Source of the DNA: a virus
Lineage: Duplodnaviria > Caudoviricetes
Virus record (IMG/VR): IMGVR_UViG_3300011187_000042
Span: 1-29,092 of that record
Length of the DNA stretch: 29,092 nucleotides
Direction: 5' to 3' (one strand)
Positions 8,395-16,469 of the stretch are shown here, piece by piece. Under the pieces are notes generated by a model that saw nothing but the letters and a program-made list of their open reading frames with translations, ran no database searches and was not told where the DNA came from. Position 1 is the first letter of the stretch; every line of letters starts with the position of its first letter. The position numbers and the translations under genes were made by a program.

Positions 8395-8404
8395 ATTAAA
8401 TAGG
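8395..8404 (-). promoter_or_regulatory. candidate late-promoter motif CCTATTTAAT
   Basis: CTAxTTA core in the intergenic region about 33 nt upstream of ATG 8361. Confidence 0.4.
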
Positions 8405-8432
8405 GTAATGTCGCTCAAATGGCAAACTTTTC

Positions 8433-8666
8433 TTAATGTATATTCTTCTCGATCTTTTTGAGAGCCTTCTTTTCAATCTGCATCACCCTAACATGCGAAA
8501 TCCCTAAACGCTTCGCAATCTCTCTTAGTGACATTTCACCATTCTCGTACACACTAACTAGTGTGCAGTTATGCTCATCGGGATAATCAATGTATTGACG
8601 GCATTCTTTTTGATCTTTATCACATGACAAACAGTCACAAATAGTCTTGGCTTTATCTTCGTTCAT
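8433..8666 (-). CDS. stand-alone sigma-70 region 4 HTH protein with Cys-rich N-terminus
   Basis: MSLREIAKRLGISHVRVMQIEKKALKKI matches sigma region 4.2 (TLxEIG..LGVxRERVRQIE.KALxKL); CDCLSC...C...HNC. Confidence 0.88.
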   Translation of the reverse strand: MNEDKAKTICDCLSCDKDQKECRQYIDYPDEHNCTLVSVYENGEMSLREIAKRLGISHVRVMQIEKKALKKIEKNIH

Positions 8667-8910
8667 AGTTTATTCCTACTTCTAGAGTTATGTTTACATA
8701 GACACTTTTTTGGCCCAATGGTTGTGATCCGGCGAATGTTATTTTATTACAACAACAGCGCAATTGTTTTCGCAATTCCTTGTAATCGCGGGGACCGTCA
8801 CGTAATATTTGGATACAATACAATGAATCAAGTTTATTCTCACTTTTCACATCACGAACATAAAAGTGCATTTGATTCTTATAACCAAATGAGCAATATC
8901 TTTTATTCAT
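8653..8910 (-). CDS. small hypothetical protein, R[HY]C family
   Basis: Start at ATG 8910 overlapping upstream stop (ATGAATAA); MNKRYCSFG... Confidence 0.55.
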   Translation of the reverse strand: MNKRYCSFGYKNQMHFYVRDVKSENKLDSLYCIQILRDGPRDYKELRKQLRCCCNKITFAGSQPLGQKSVYVNITLEVGINYERR

Positions 8911-9214
8911 CGAAGAAGTCATACATTTCATATAGTTCCTTATCCGTGATCATGAATTCCTCTTCGAATTCCTCTTTCTTTTTTCTTTCTTTCTCGATCA
9001 AGTCTTGCTGCCTCTTTGTTATAACACCTTTCTCCTCTTTCCAGTCATCCACAATATCTTGCAACCGAGAATCACGTTCTAAAAACTTTCTCATCATTAA
9101 ACGAAAAAACTTTGATTGTGTGATATTCTCGTGTTGGCAACGAACTTTGAAATCAGCGTGGACTTTATCGTTTTGTTTAAAAACGATCTTTTTGTTTTTA
9201 GGTTTCTTTGCCAT
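8903..9214 (-). CDS. ribbon-helix-helix-like DNA-binding protein
   Basis: KKIVFK strand, DKVHADFKVRCQHE helix, NITQSKFFRLMMRKFL helix; acidic tail. Confidence 0.6.
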   Translation of the reverse strand: MAKKPKNKKIVFKQNDKVHADFKVRCQHENITQSKFFRLMMRKFLERDSRLQDIVDDWKEEKGVITKRQQDLIEKERKKKEEFEEEFMITDKELYEMYDFFDE

Positions 9215-10302
9215 TACTGATTATCAAACTTTGCGTGAGGTTGGCTTTCAATTTGAGCAGCAGGAGATACACGTATATATCGGGCCGTCTTTTTGAAGTC
9301 TGATAAGTTCGTTGCACCAGTATAGCTCAAGGCGCTGCGCAAACCATCCCTGAAAGTGAGTAGAACCCCAGTTACAGGGCCTTTCATGTCAACTTTGACC
9401 TCGACCCCTTCCACAACAGAGACGCGTCCGTTGGCGTTCTGAGCGGGCTGTGACGCCATACCACGATATACAACTTGTTTCTGGGGTTGCTGTTCAACTG
9501 TGCTGGCGTCGAGCTGATCCAAAAATCCGCGATATTGTACAACAGATGGTGTTTCTTCGCAGCCGGATAACATTGAACCGACCATCACATAATCTGCACC
9601 AAAGGCGAAAGCTTTTGCGGCATCGCCAGATGTTCGAATGCCGCCATCAGCAACAATATAACAATCTCGATTTTCCAGTTCTTGATAATCCTCTTTAGCT
9701 TTGCGAGCCAATTCAATTGCTGTTAAATTTGGGACACCATGTCCAGTGACGAGCCGTGTTGTGCACACGGCTCCACCGCCAACGCCGACACGGATTGAAT
9801 CAGCGCCCCATTTAAAACAACGGAAGGCGCCGTCATAATCACACACATTGCCGGCCATGATGTGTATATTTTTGTACGAGTGCCTCAAAGCTGTGATGGC
9901 TTTTTTCACAAAAATATGGCTTCCGTGTGCAACATCAATGCAGAAATGTCGGGCTCCGTTGTTATATAATACAGTAGCGCGATCGAGATAGTCCCCCGTT
10001 ACACCAATAGCGGCGAAACAAGTTGCATCGTCGGCGACCACACGTTGAAGCATTTCCACTTGTTCGTCGATGGTGATATAACGATGCAATATTCCTATTG
10101 CTCCTTCTTCCCAAAGAGCGATACACATCTCTGCTTCACAGATCGTGTCCATTGGCGCACCAATTAGCGGTATACGAAGCTTCTCTGTTTTCTTTGGTGT
10201 TTTTAACTCAACGGATATATCACAATGACTTCTGCTTTCAATTTCAGAATATTGCGGAATTAGTGCAACGTCATCGTATGTTAAAGCAATTTTATCATCC
10301 AT
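9214..10302 (-). CDS. IMP dehydrogenase / GMP reductase family protein without CBS domains
   Basis: LTYDDVALIP, APMDT, IDVAHG, AGNV, GVGGGAVCTTR catalytic Cys loop, ADGGIRTSGD, YRGMAS, VEGV, LRSALSYTGA. Confidence 0.93.
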   Translation of the reverse strand: MDDKIALTYDDVALIPQYSEIESRSHCDISVELKTPKKTEKLRIPLIGAPMDTICEAEMCIALWEEGAIGILHRYITIDEQVEMLQRVVADDATCFAAIGVTGDYLDRATVLYNNGARHFCIDVAHGSHIFVKKAITALRHSYKNIHIMAGNVCDYDGAFRCFKWGADSIRVGVGGGAVCTTRLVTGHGVPNLTAIELARKAKEDYQELENRDCYIVADGGIRTSGDAAKAFAFGADYVMVGSMLSGCEETPSVVQYRGFLDQLDASTVEQQPQKQVVYRGMASQPAQNANGRVSVVEGVEVKVDMKGPVTGVLLTFRDGLRSALSYTGATNLSDFKKTARYIRVSPAAQIESQPHAKFDNQ

Positions 10303-10558
10303 TCATTTTACCTCGTATTATTTTAATTTCGGTACAATAAAGCACCTCTTCTTTGCGACCAGCGATAGTATGTATTTGTTTTTCGTAAGAATATTTTGTA
10401 ATGTTGCGGAACATTCTATCTTGAGATCTCAAAACTTTGTATTTGGCGAAGCGTTGTGCTTCTCCCAAAGTACTACATTCGCGAATGCGTGGGTGCTTAG
10501 ATGAGTCGTTCTTTATCATATAAAAAACACCAAATATTTTTACTTTTTCTTTATCCAT
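10295..10558 (-). CDS. hypothetical basic protein
   Basis: ATG 10558 overlapping dUTPase stop with GGGAG RBS; fills gap exactly. Confidence 0.6.
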   Translation of the reverse strand: MDKEKVKIFGVFYMIKNDSSKHPRIRECSTLGEAQRFAKYKVLRSQDRMFRNITKYSYEKQIHTIAGRKEEVLYCTEIKIIRGKMNG

Positions 10559-11015
10559 CTGTACTCCCAAGTGCTCCGTCACCTCGATCTGAAATCGTTA
10601 CAGGATTCTTGTACAATTCCGATTCCTCTACTAACTCGCAATGTGGTGTTTCAATCTTGATCAAAACAAGCTGGGCGATTTTATCGTGAATATTGATAAC
10701 TTGGGGTTTATCACCAATATTATGAAGGTCAATAAATACTTCGCCATTGTAACCAGAATCGATCACACATGCGCCGACGATCAATTGCTTTTTTGCAGCC
10801 ATTGATGATCGATTCTCAGCCCGCAACATATAACCATGAGGTACCTCAAACTTCAGCCCCGTTTTAAATAAACGTGAACAACTTGGATAAACTGTTCGCT
10901 CGTCACGTGGTCGGATCGAATCATCATAATAAAACACGTCAAGACCCGCATCAGACGGGTGGGCTCTTACAGGATCTTTTACATCTTCTCTAATCTTGGA
11001 ATATTTTAAATACAC
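10551..11015 (-). CDS. dut: trimeric dUTPase
   Basis: All five motifs: AGLDV, RSS, VIDSGYNGE, IAQLV, RGDGALGST. Confidence 0.96.
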   Translation of the reverse strand: MYLKYSKIREDVKDPVRAHPSDAGLDVFYYDDSIRPRDERTVYPSCSRLFKTGLKFEVPHGYMLRAENRSSMAAKKQLIVGACVIDSGYNGEVFIDLHNIGDKPQVINIHDKIAQLVLIKIETPHCELVEESELYKNPVTISDRGDGALGSTDG

Positions 11016-11361
11016 TTCTCTTCTCCTTCTTTTCTAGTATTATTTTATTGATAATCATTTGTGCTTCATTAGTTAATTCGAGCATATCATATAGCGCTGA
11101 TTTACGGAACATTCTAGGTCTTTTGTCTATAGCAAGATTGTAGAAACAGAATGATTCTGTTTTGAACTCCAATGAAAATGGATTGACAACAACTGTTGCT
11201 GCATCAGCTTTCCAACTTCGGCGCGTCTTTTTATGCTCCTTATCTGGATTATGATCCATCGTTGCAAACGTGATTGCCTCCTTTACACGATATTGGGTTT
11301 TAAGCTTGCAAGGGAAAAACAAGCAGTGGCGATCTTTTATTTTATCAGGATTGAATCCCAT
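10990..11361 (-). CDS. hypothetical protein, R[HY]C family
   Basis: 123-aa ORF between dnaE and dut; DRHCLFF near N-terminus. Confidence 0.6.
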   Translation of the reverse strand: MGFNPDKIKDRHCLFFPCKLKTQYRVKEAITFATMDHNPDKEHKKTRRSWKADAATVVVNPFSLEFKTESFCFYNLAIDKRPRMFRKSALYDMLELTNEAQMIINKIILEKKEKRSVFKIFQD

Positions 11362-11365
11362 AATC

Positions 11366-14300
11366 TTATCCTACAATAACCCAGTTTTTTTCGAACGGCG
11401 CGCGCCAACCAGTAGAAAACCCCCACTGTGTATCGTATTCAACACCTTTGACAATATACGGACGATAAAGCTGCGGCTCAGATCGTGCCGTTCGAATGTT
11501 CCAAACACGAACGCGTGACATTTGAAACGTCGAATCAGTTACCATAATTTCATAATATGGAGAGCCACGTTTCTTTGTCTTTCGCTTGCGGAATGAGACA
11601 GGGATACACCAACTATACTTATGACCCACCTGATTCTCTGATAGTGGACCAATGTCTAACTGATCGAAGTGTTTCAACATTTCGTCGTCTACTATCATAT
11701 CAATCGGCAGCACCGATGTCAAGTCGGAAAGGAAGGCGATGCGCTCCATATCAGAGAAATCACCTTCTTCTCTATATTCCGGGTTTTCAATAAGCTCTAG
11801 GAAGTTTTCTTTCTTCTTTTCCCGGGACAGCAGCACAGACCAGAAATGTTTTGATCCGGTGAAACGATCATCAATCAGGTCATCGAGTGCCCCTGAACGA
11901 CACAACCTATCGATGACAGTCTTATTCACCTTAGACCAGCGGATGTCTTTATGATAGTATAGATCCTCAATTAGTTCGAATGGGCGATGTGGCAGTATCT
12001 CTTTATATGCAGCATCACCAACTCCATCAATATCAGTCAGTGGCTGGAACAGGGTTGACCCATCTTTAGAGATTTCCCATTGGTCTGATGAATAATTGAT
12101 GTTTGGGCGTTTAACATTGTAGCCGAGCTTCTTAACGATGGCAATAGCTTTTTCCATCTTTGTTTCCGACTCTTCGTTAAGGAACGCGGCGAGCCAGCAC
12201 TCTGGATAATATGTTAATAGCCATGCAGTCTGAAAGGAGATTAAGCTGTAACAAACGGCGTGTGATTTGTTGAAACCATAACCGGAGAAATACTCAAACA
12301 ATTGCCACGTTTCTTTGGCTTGTTTGCGCGTCATACCCTTTTCCATGCAGCCATCGACAAACTTGTCGTACAACTCCTCTTTCATTTTCTTGGATTTTTC
12401 GCTATTCTTCTTAGTTAGTGCTTTCCGAAGCTTGTTGCCGTCATCCAGAGAGATATCTTTCCCAAGTTTGTGTGCCATTTCGGCAATCTGCTCTTGGAAA
12501 ATCAAGAAACCGTATGTTTCAGCCGTTACCTCAGCATGAATATCATTCATGAATTTAATCTTGTGAGGGTATTCTTTGGCCTCACCATATTCTTCATCAA
12601 CGCCAGCCGCCAGAGGACCGGGACGTTGAATACTAGTGATCGACGCTAATTCAATGATATTCGTCGGTTTAACAACTTGGCAAAAATTCTGCGCGCCTTG
12701 TTCAGTGAATTGGAACACACCTGCCCATTTACCATCATGATATACATTTTTGTATACCTTTTGGTCTTCAAGGTCGATCACATCAGGGTGTAATTTCTCA
12801 TTGTAATAACCAGTGATATCATCGATGGTGATATCAGTTTTGTTATGATATCGCCGAAGGATATTCGCGATCGCGCGGTGCATCATTTTTAAGGTATCCA
12901 AACCAAGAAGGTCGAATTTGATGAAACCCATCGGTTCTAGTGTGTCTTTAGTCCACGGCACCTGCGTCGTGCCTTTGCTATTAATCAATGGAATGTGTTT
13001 GTTGAGATTGTCAGCAATAACCACACCACCAGCGTGCCGTGACACAGAGCGTGGCATGCCATGCAAACTATCAATGAACTTTTCGATCTTCGGGTATTTG
13101 CGTAAGAACGCTTGAAGTGACTCGGAGAACTCTTTTACTTCCTCATATGTTGGTGTATAAACACCAGCCTTGATTCCGTGCTTTTGCTTTGCACGAGGTG
13201 TCGCTTCCTGCATCATTGTGCTGGTGACCTTGTTAACCTCGGTGAAATCAATACCATAATACTTTGAGATATCCTTAACAAGAGACCGCAGTTGCATGGT
13301 ATTGATATTTGAGATAGAGACAACAGTGTTCTTACCCCATTTTTCAATCAAATGATCACGGAAGTCTGAGTTGTGACTAATATCGAAATCAATATCAGGG
13401 TAGTCAGTCGCGTCAGACCGCAAAAATCGCTCGAACTGTGTATTCCAGCGCAATGGATTAACCTGTGTAATTCCTAGCATATATGCCAGCAGCGAACCAG
13501 CAGCAGAACCTCGACCGGGACCACAAAGGTATAACTGCTTCGCTTCGTCTGTCACTTCTTTCATTGTCAAGAAATATTTAGAAAAGCCGCGACTAGAGAT
13601 AACCGCGAGTTCTTTTTCTAAACGATCATAATACGATGGCAATGCATCATAACCTTTTTCTGCAAGTGCGGCGAAAGCCATTTCACTCAGCGCTTCGTCG
13701 GCTGTCTTGTTTTCGGGTACAACAAAATCGGGCAACTTCACCGTACTGTCAGGATAGAAACTCTCAATTTTATTGTGTGCAATATTGTACGATTCTTCGA
13801 TCGACCCAATTACCATCGATTCATCATACTCAATATCATTTTCTGCCAGATAGTCTTTGATATCTGGGTGGACCGTAGAGTTGCGAAACGATTCGAGCAT
13901 CTGGTCGCCATTCTTAGGCCAGAGTTGATAGCCCATATCCTCAATTTTTTCCGGCAGTGGCTCTAGATCTTCTTTGTTTCTCAGCCAGCCGAGGCGCTTA
14001 TACATCTCGCGCGCGGCGAACAGCTCAGGATTGGGATAATGTGCATCACACGTAGAAACAAGCTTGATATTGAATTCTTTGCAGATTTGAATAACGTATG
14101 AGTTAAGTAAGTGTTGTTCAGGAATGTTGTTCCATTGAATTTCACCGTACCAATCTTCTCCAAAAATGTCCAACATCTGCTCAGATGTCTCGCGCATAGC
14201 GTTAAGCACCTTGGCGTCGTTTTCTTCCTTGCTCAATTCAAAGTCATAGTTTTCCCACATGTTACCAGCGTACACTCCACCAAGACATGCGCTCGTCGCA

Positions 14301-14812
14301 ATGATATCGCCACCGGCGAACTTCTTTAGTGTTTTGTAGTCAATGCGCGGGAAGTAGTAGTGCCACGGCTTTTCGAATGACTGAGTAATCATTTCAAAGA
14401 GCTTGTTTAGACCGTCTTGATTTTTCGCCAATAGCACCATGTGTCGTCGGCGCTTCAAAATGCTCTTGATGTCTCTTTCTTCAGTTTCTACAACGATAGC
14501 CGAATCACTGTCATCCTTCTCTTTTGATTGTTTGTAGGTGTCTTGCCATTCCTGTAAATCAGGAAATGCATATCCTTCAACACCATAAATGGGTTTGAAT
14601 TCACGACCATCTTTTTCCATCTTTTTGGCATGGAATACTTGCAGTGGCAAGTTATTCATATTGCCGTGATCAGTCAGAGCAATCGCGTCGAGGCCGTTTT
14701 CATATGCGAAATCCATATGCTCTGATGGATAACCTAAACCATCAAAAACAGATGCACAACTGTGGCCGTGAAGATTGACAAATTTTAATTTTGATTTATT
14801 TCGCTCTGTCAT
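11366..14812 (-). CDS. dnaE: DNA polymerase III alpha subunit (family C, DnaE-like)
   Basis: PHP domain HGHS...DG, TDHGNM, GVE, SACLGG, DAHY; GPGRGSAAGSL, FERFL, PDIDFD, HAGGVVI, KFDLLGL, IFQEQ, YGFNKSHA. Confidence 0.97.
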   Translation of the reverse strand: MTERNKSKLKFVNLHGHSCASVFDGLGYPSEHMDFAYENGLDAIALTDHGNMNNLPLQVFHAKKMEKDGREFKPIYGVEGYAFPDLQEWQDTYKQSKEKDDSDSAIVVETEERDIKSILKRRRHMVLLAKNQDGLNKLFEMITQSFEKPWHYYFPRIDYKTLKKFAGGDIIATSACLGGVYAGNMWENYDFELSKEENDAKVLNAMRETSEQMLDIFGEDWYGEIQWNNIPEQHLLNSYVIQICKEFNIKLVSTCDAHYPNPELFAAREMYKRLGWLRNKEDLEPLPEKIEDMGYQLWPKNGDQMLESFRNSTVHPDIKDYLAENDIEYDESMVIGSIEESYNIAHNKIESFYPDSTVKLPDFVVPENKTADEALSEMAFAALAEKGYDALPSYYDRLEKELAVISSRGFSKYFLTMKEVTDEAKQLYLCGPGRGSAAGSLLAYMLGITQVNPLRWNTQFERFLRSDATDYPDIDFDISHNSDFRDHLIEKWGKNTVVSISNINTMQLRSLVKDISKYYGIDFTEVNKVTSTMMQEATPRAKQKHGIKAGVYTPTYEEVKEFSESLQAFLRKYPKIEKFIDSLHGMPRSVSRHAGGVVIADNLNKHIPLINSKGTTQVPWTKDTLEPMGFIKFDLLGLDTLKMMHRAIANILRRYHNKTDITIDDITGYYNEKLHPDVIDLEDQKVYKNVYHDGKWAGVFQFTEQGAQNFCQVVKPTNIIELASITSIQRPGPLAAGVDEEYGEAKEYPHKIKFMNDIHAEVTAETYGFLIFQEQIAEMAHKLGKDISLDDGNKLRKALTKKNSEKSKKMKEELYDKFVDGCMEKGMTRKQAKETWQLFEYFSGYGFNKSHAVCYSLISFQTAWLLTYYPECWLAAFLNEESETKMEKAIAIVKKLGYNVKRPNINYSSDQWEISKDGSTLFQPLTDIDGVGDAAYKEILPHRPFELIEDLYYHKDIRWSKVNKTVIDRLCRSGALDDLIDDRFTGSKHFWSVLLSREKKKENFLELIENPEYREEGDFSDMERIAFLSDLTSVLPIDMIVDDEMLKHFDQLDIGPLSENQVGHKYSWCIPVSFRKRKTKKRGSPYYEIMVTDSTFQMSRVRVWNIRTARSEPQLYRPYIVKGVEYDTQWGFSTGWRAPFEKNWVIVG

Positions 14813-14939
14813 GCATACCTCATGATGTGAATTGGCGTAGTATTGTTGGAATGAAAACTAACAAAAGGTTTGTTATTCTCTGTTCCAACAGATTTTGGAT
14901 ATAGAGAAAATGTGAACCACCTTAAAAATATGTTCTCAT
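14809..14939 (-). other. micro-ORF interrupted by T5+TAA (MRTYF* / LRWFTF...IHIMRYA); alternatively the 3' part of an 82-aa ORF from 15057
   Basis: ATG 14939 overlaps upstream TGA; ATG AGA ACA TAT TTT TAA; body continues in the -1 frame, carries F-H-S-x5-I-x-I and ends in an ATGA overlap with dnaE. Confidence 0.45.
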
Positions 14940-15091
14940 AATATAAAAATCTCAAAAGGGACGCCGAATGATTTGTTAAACTTAATTCTTGGAGAATAAC
15001 CCCGATGATGTCGCGCGATGAACCTGAAAGAGATTTGTGCGGAATGAACATGATCATGTCTTCGGGCCGCTAATATATAACAATATCTCAT
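14936..15091 (-). CDS. 51-aa micro-protein, R[HY]C family (not in ORF track)
   Basis: Own translation MRYCYILAARRHDHVHSAQISFRFIARHHRGYSPRIKFNKSFGVPFEIFIL; ATGA overlaps at both ends. Confidence 0.55.
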   Translation of the reverse strand: MRYCYILAARRHDHVHSAQISFRFIARHHRGYSPRIKFNKSFGVPFEIFIL

Positions 15092-15267
15092 GATATGATT
15101 GATATATCAATAGAATTACTAGAATAAAAAGAAAGACTCTTTGACTGCGTATGATAATTGTGCTTAGAAAGAGCTATTCTTATATATTTTGCGTTGGGGC
15201 CGAATGTCTCGTCGTTGCGGTCGAGCCAGTTGACATTTTTTTGCAGATAGCAGTATCTATTATTCAT
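15088..15267 (-). CDS. micro-protein, R[HY]C family
   Basis: ATG 15267 overlapping upstream stop (ATGAATAA); MNNRYCYL...LSFYSSNSIDISII. Confidence 0.6.
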   Translation of the reverse strand: MNNRYCYLQKNVNWLDRNDETFGPNAKYIRIALSKHNYHTQSKSLSFYSSNSIDISIIS

Positions 15268-15454
15268 TGTGGCCATCAAAGTTTATGTAAATTTTAGTGT
15301 GTGCATCAGAAAAGAATTGTATACACTCATGGTCGCCTGCTGTATGCAATGTAGTTATCTTGATCCATGAATACAAACTGATCGTTCCTTTAGCGATACG
15401 TTTACAAGCGTAACAGCGGGGTGTGAAGAGGCGCCTTAGTTTGTATAGACGCAT
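15260..15454 (-). CDS. micro-protein, F-x-S-x5-I-x-I family
   Basis: 64-aa ORF downstream of promoter copy 2; IQFFSDAHTKIYI. Confidence 0.6.
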   Translation of the reverse strand: MRLYKLRRLFTPRCYACKRIAKGTISLYSWIKITTLHTAGDHECIQFFSDAHTKIYINFDGHNE

Positions 15455-15466
15455 CTGGTTCTCTTT

Positions 15467-15510
15467 CTGTCGACTCCTATAAATGTAAGCACGTCAGTCT
15501 GGGAGTCAAG
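15467..15510 (-). promoter_or_regulatory. repeated promoter-like element, copy 2
   Basis: Minus strand CTTGACTCCCAGACTGACGTGCTTACATTTATAGGAGTCGACAG; TTGACT-N16-TACATT. Confidence 0.7.
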
Positions 15511-15512
15511 GG

Positions 15513-16469
15513 CTAATCGTCAAACTCATCGTCATCAAATGACATAGAGTTTTTGGCGATAGATGCGAACAGGTTTCGGAAATCTGTTGGATAAAAATCT
15601 TGGTCAGAGCCGAGTGCTTTTCTATAACCTTCAAATGTATGCGCATCATACGCCCAAGACATTGCATGATAGTTTGGTGTATATTTCTCGTACAGAGGGC
15701 GGTATACTTCGTCAGGACCGAAATACCTTGCTGAATATTGTTCGCTTTCGGGGAGTCTCTTCGTTGGGACGGAACCAAACATCCATTCACTTTTCGGCTG
15801 GCTCATGTCTTTCACACCAGTGCCGACATGATACACGTGTTGTTTAATTTGTTTAGCTTGCTTATATGTTATCAATAGTGGGTAATAGTGCCCAGTGGCA
15901 ACAGAGTTGTTTTCCGGGTCAGTGAACAATAATGGTGTTTCTGCGTTTCTTATATCTTCTCTGTTCTCCCGAATCTCATGCGGGTCGACAATGCTGTAAG
16001 GAAATGTAATAAAGTACGTTTGAGGTATCACATATGTGCTGATTTGCCCACAAATCTTTCGAGAGGTTTGAATAGCATGCAATGCTGTATAAGCAACACT
16101 ATCTCTCTTGTTCGCTTCCATCGTTGATTGTGGCACAAAGTGGATAGGAATTCTTTTCGTCGTTAATCGGTTTTTATGGTAATTGATTCCCTTATACACA
16201 GGATCGTCAATGAAATCCCCAATACGTTTACGAATGAATGGGGTCATGGAGTCATCAAATACAATCCATATTGTATCAACACCAAGAAACGCACACTGCG
16301 TGATAGCGTTATCTAACAGTAAGTAATCCTCGTGCAACGGTTGCAACGCAGGATGCCAGAGCATATTTGTGTTTTTATACTGTTGACCACAAACGGGTAT
16401 TATCCCAGCACAGTGTGCGGTGCTCGGAGGAACATAATCTTTTTCATCTATCTCGCGTGAACCAGCCAT
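15513..16469 (-). CDS. divergent sugar-nucleotidyltransferase (NTP_transferase/GT-A)-like protein
   Basis: CAGIIPVCG...HPALQPL...LLLDNAITQCAFLGVDTIWIV follows the GIIxAxG...PKxLxP...LI...I..L...GI..I.IV N-terminal pattern, but GxGTR and the Lys are absent. Confidence 0.6.
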   Translation of the reverse strand: MAGSREIDEKDYVPPSTAHCAGIIPVCGQQYKNTNMLWHPALQPLHEDYLLLDNAITQCAFLGVDTIWIVFDDSMTPFIRKRIGDFIDDPVYKGINYHKNRLTTKRIPIHFVPQSTMEANKRDSVAYTALHAIQTSRKICGQISTYVIPQTYFITFPYSIVDPHEIRENREDIRNAETPLLFTDPENNSVATGHYYPLLITYKQAKQIKQHVYHVGTGVKDMSQPKSEWMFGSVPTKRLPESEQYSARYFGPDEVYRPLYEKYTPNYHAMSWAYDAHTFEGYRKALGSDQDFYPTDFRNLFASIAKNSMSFDDDEFDD

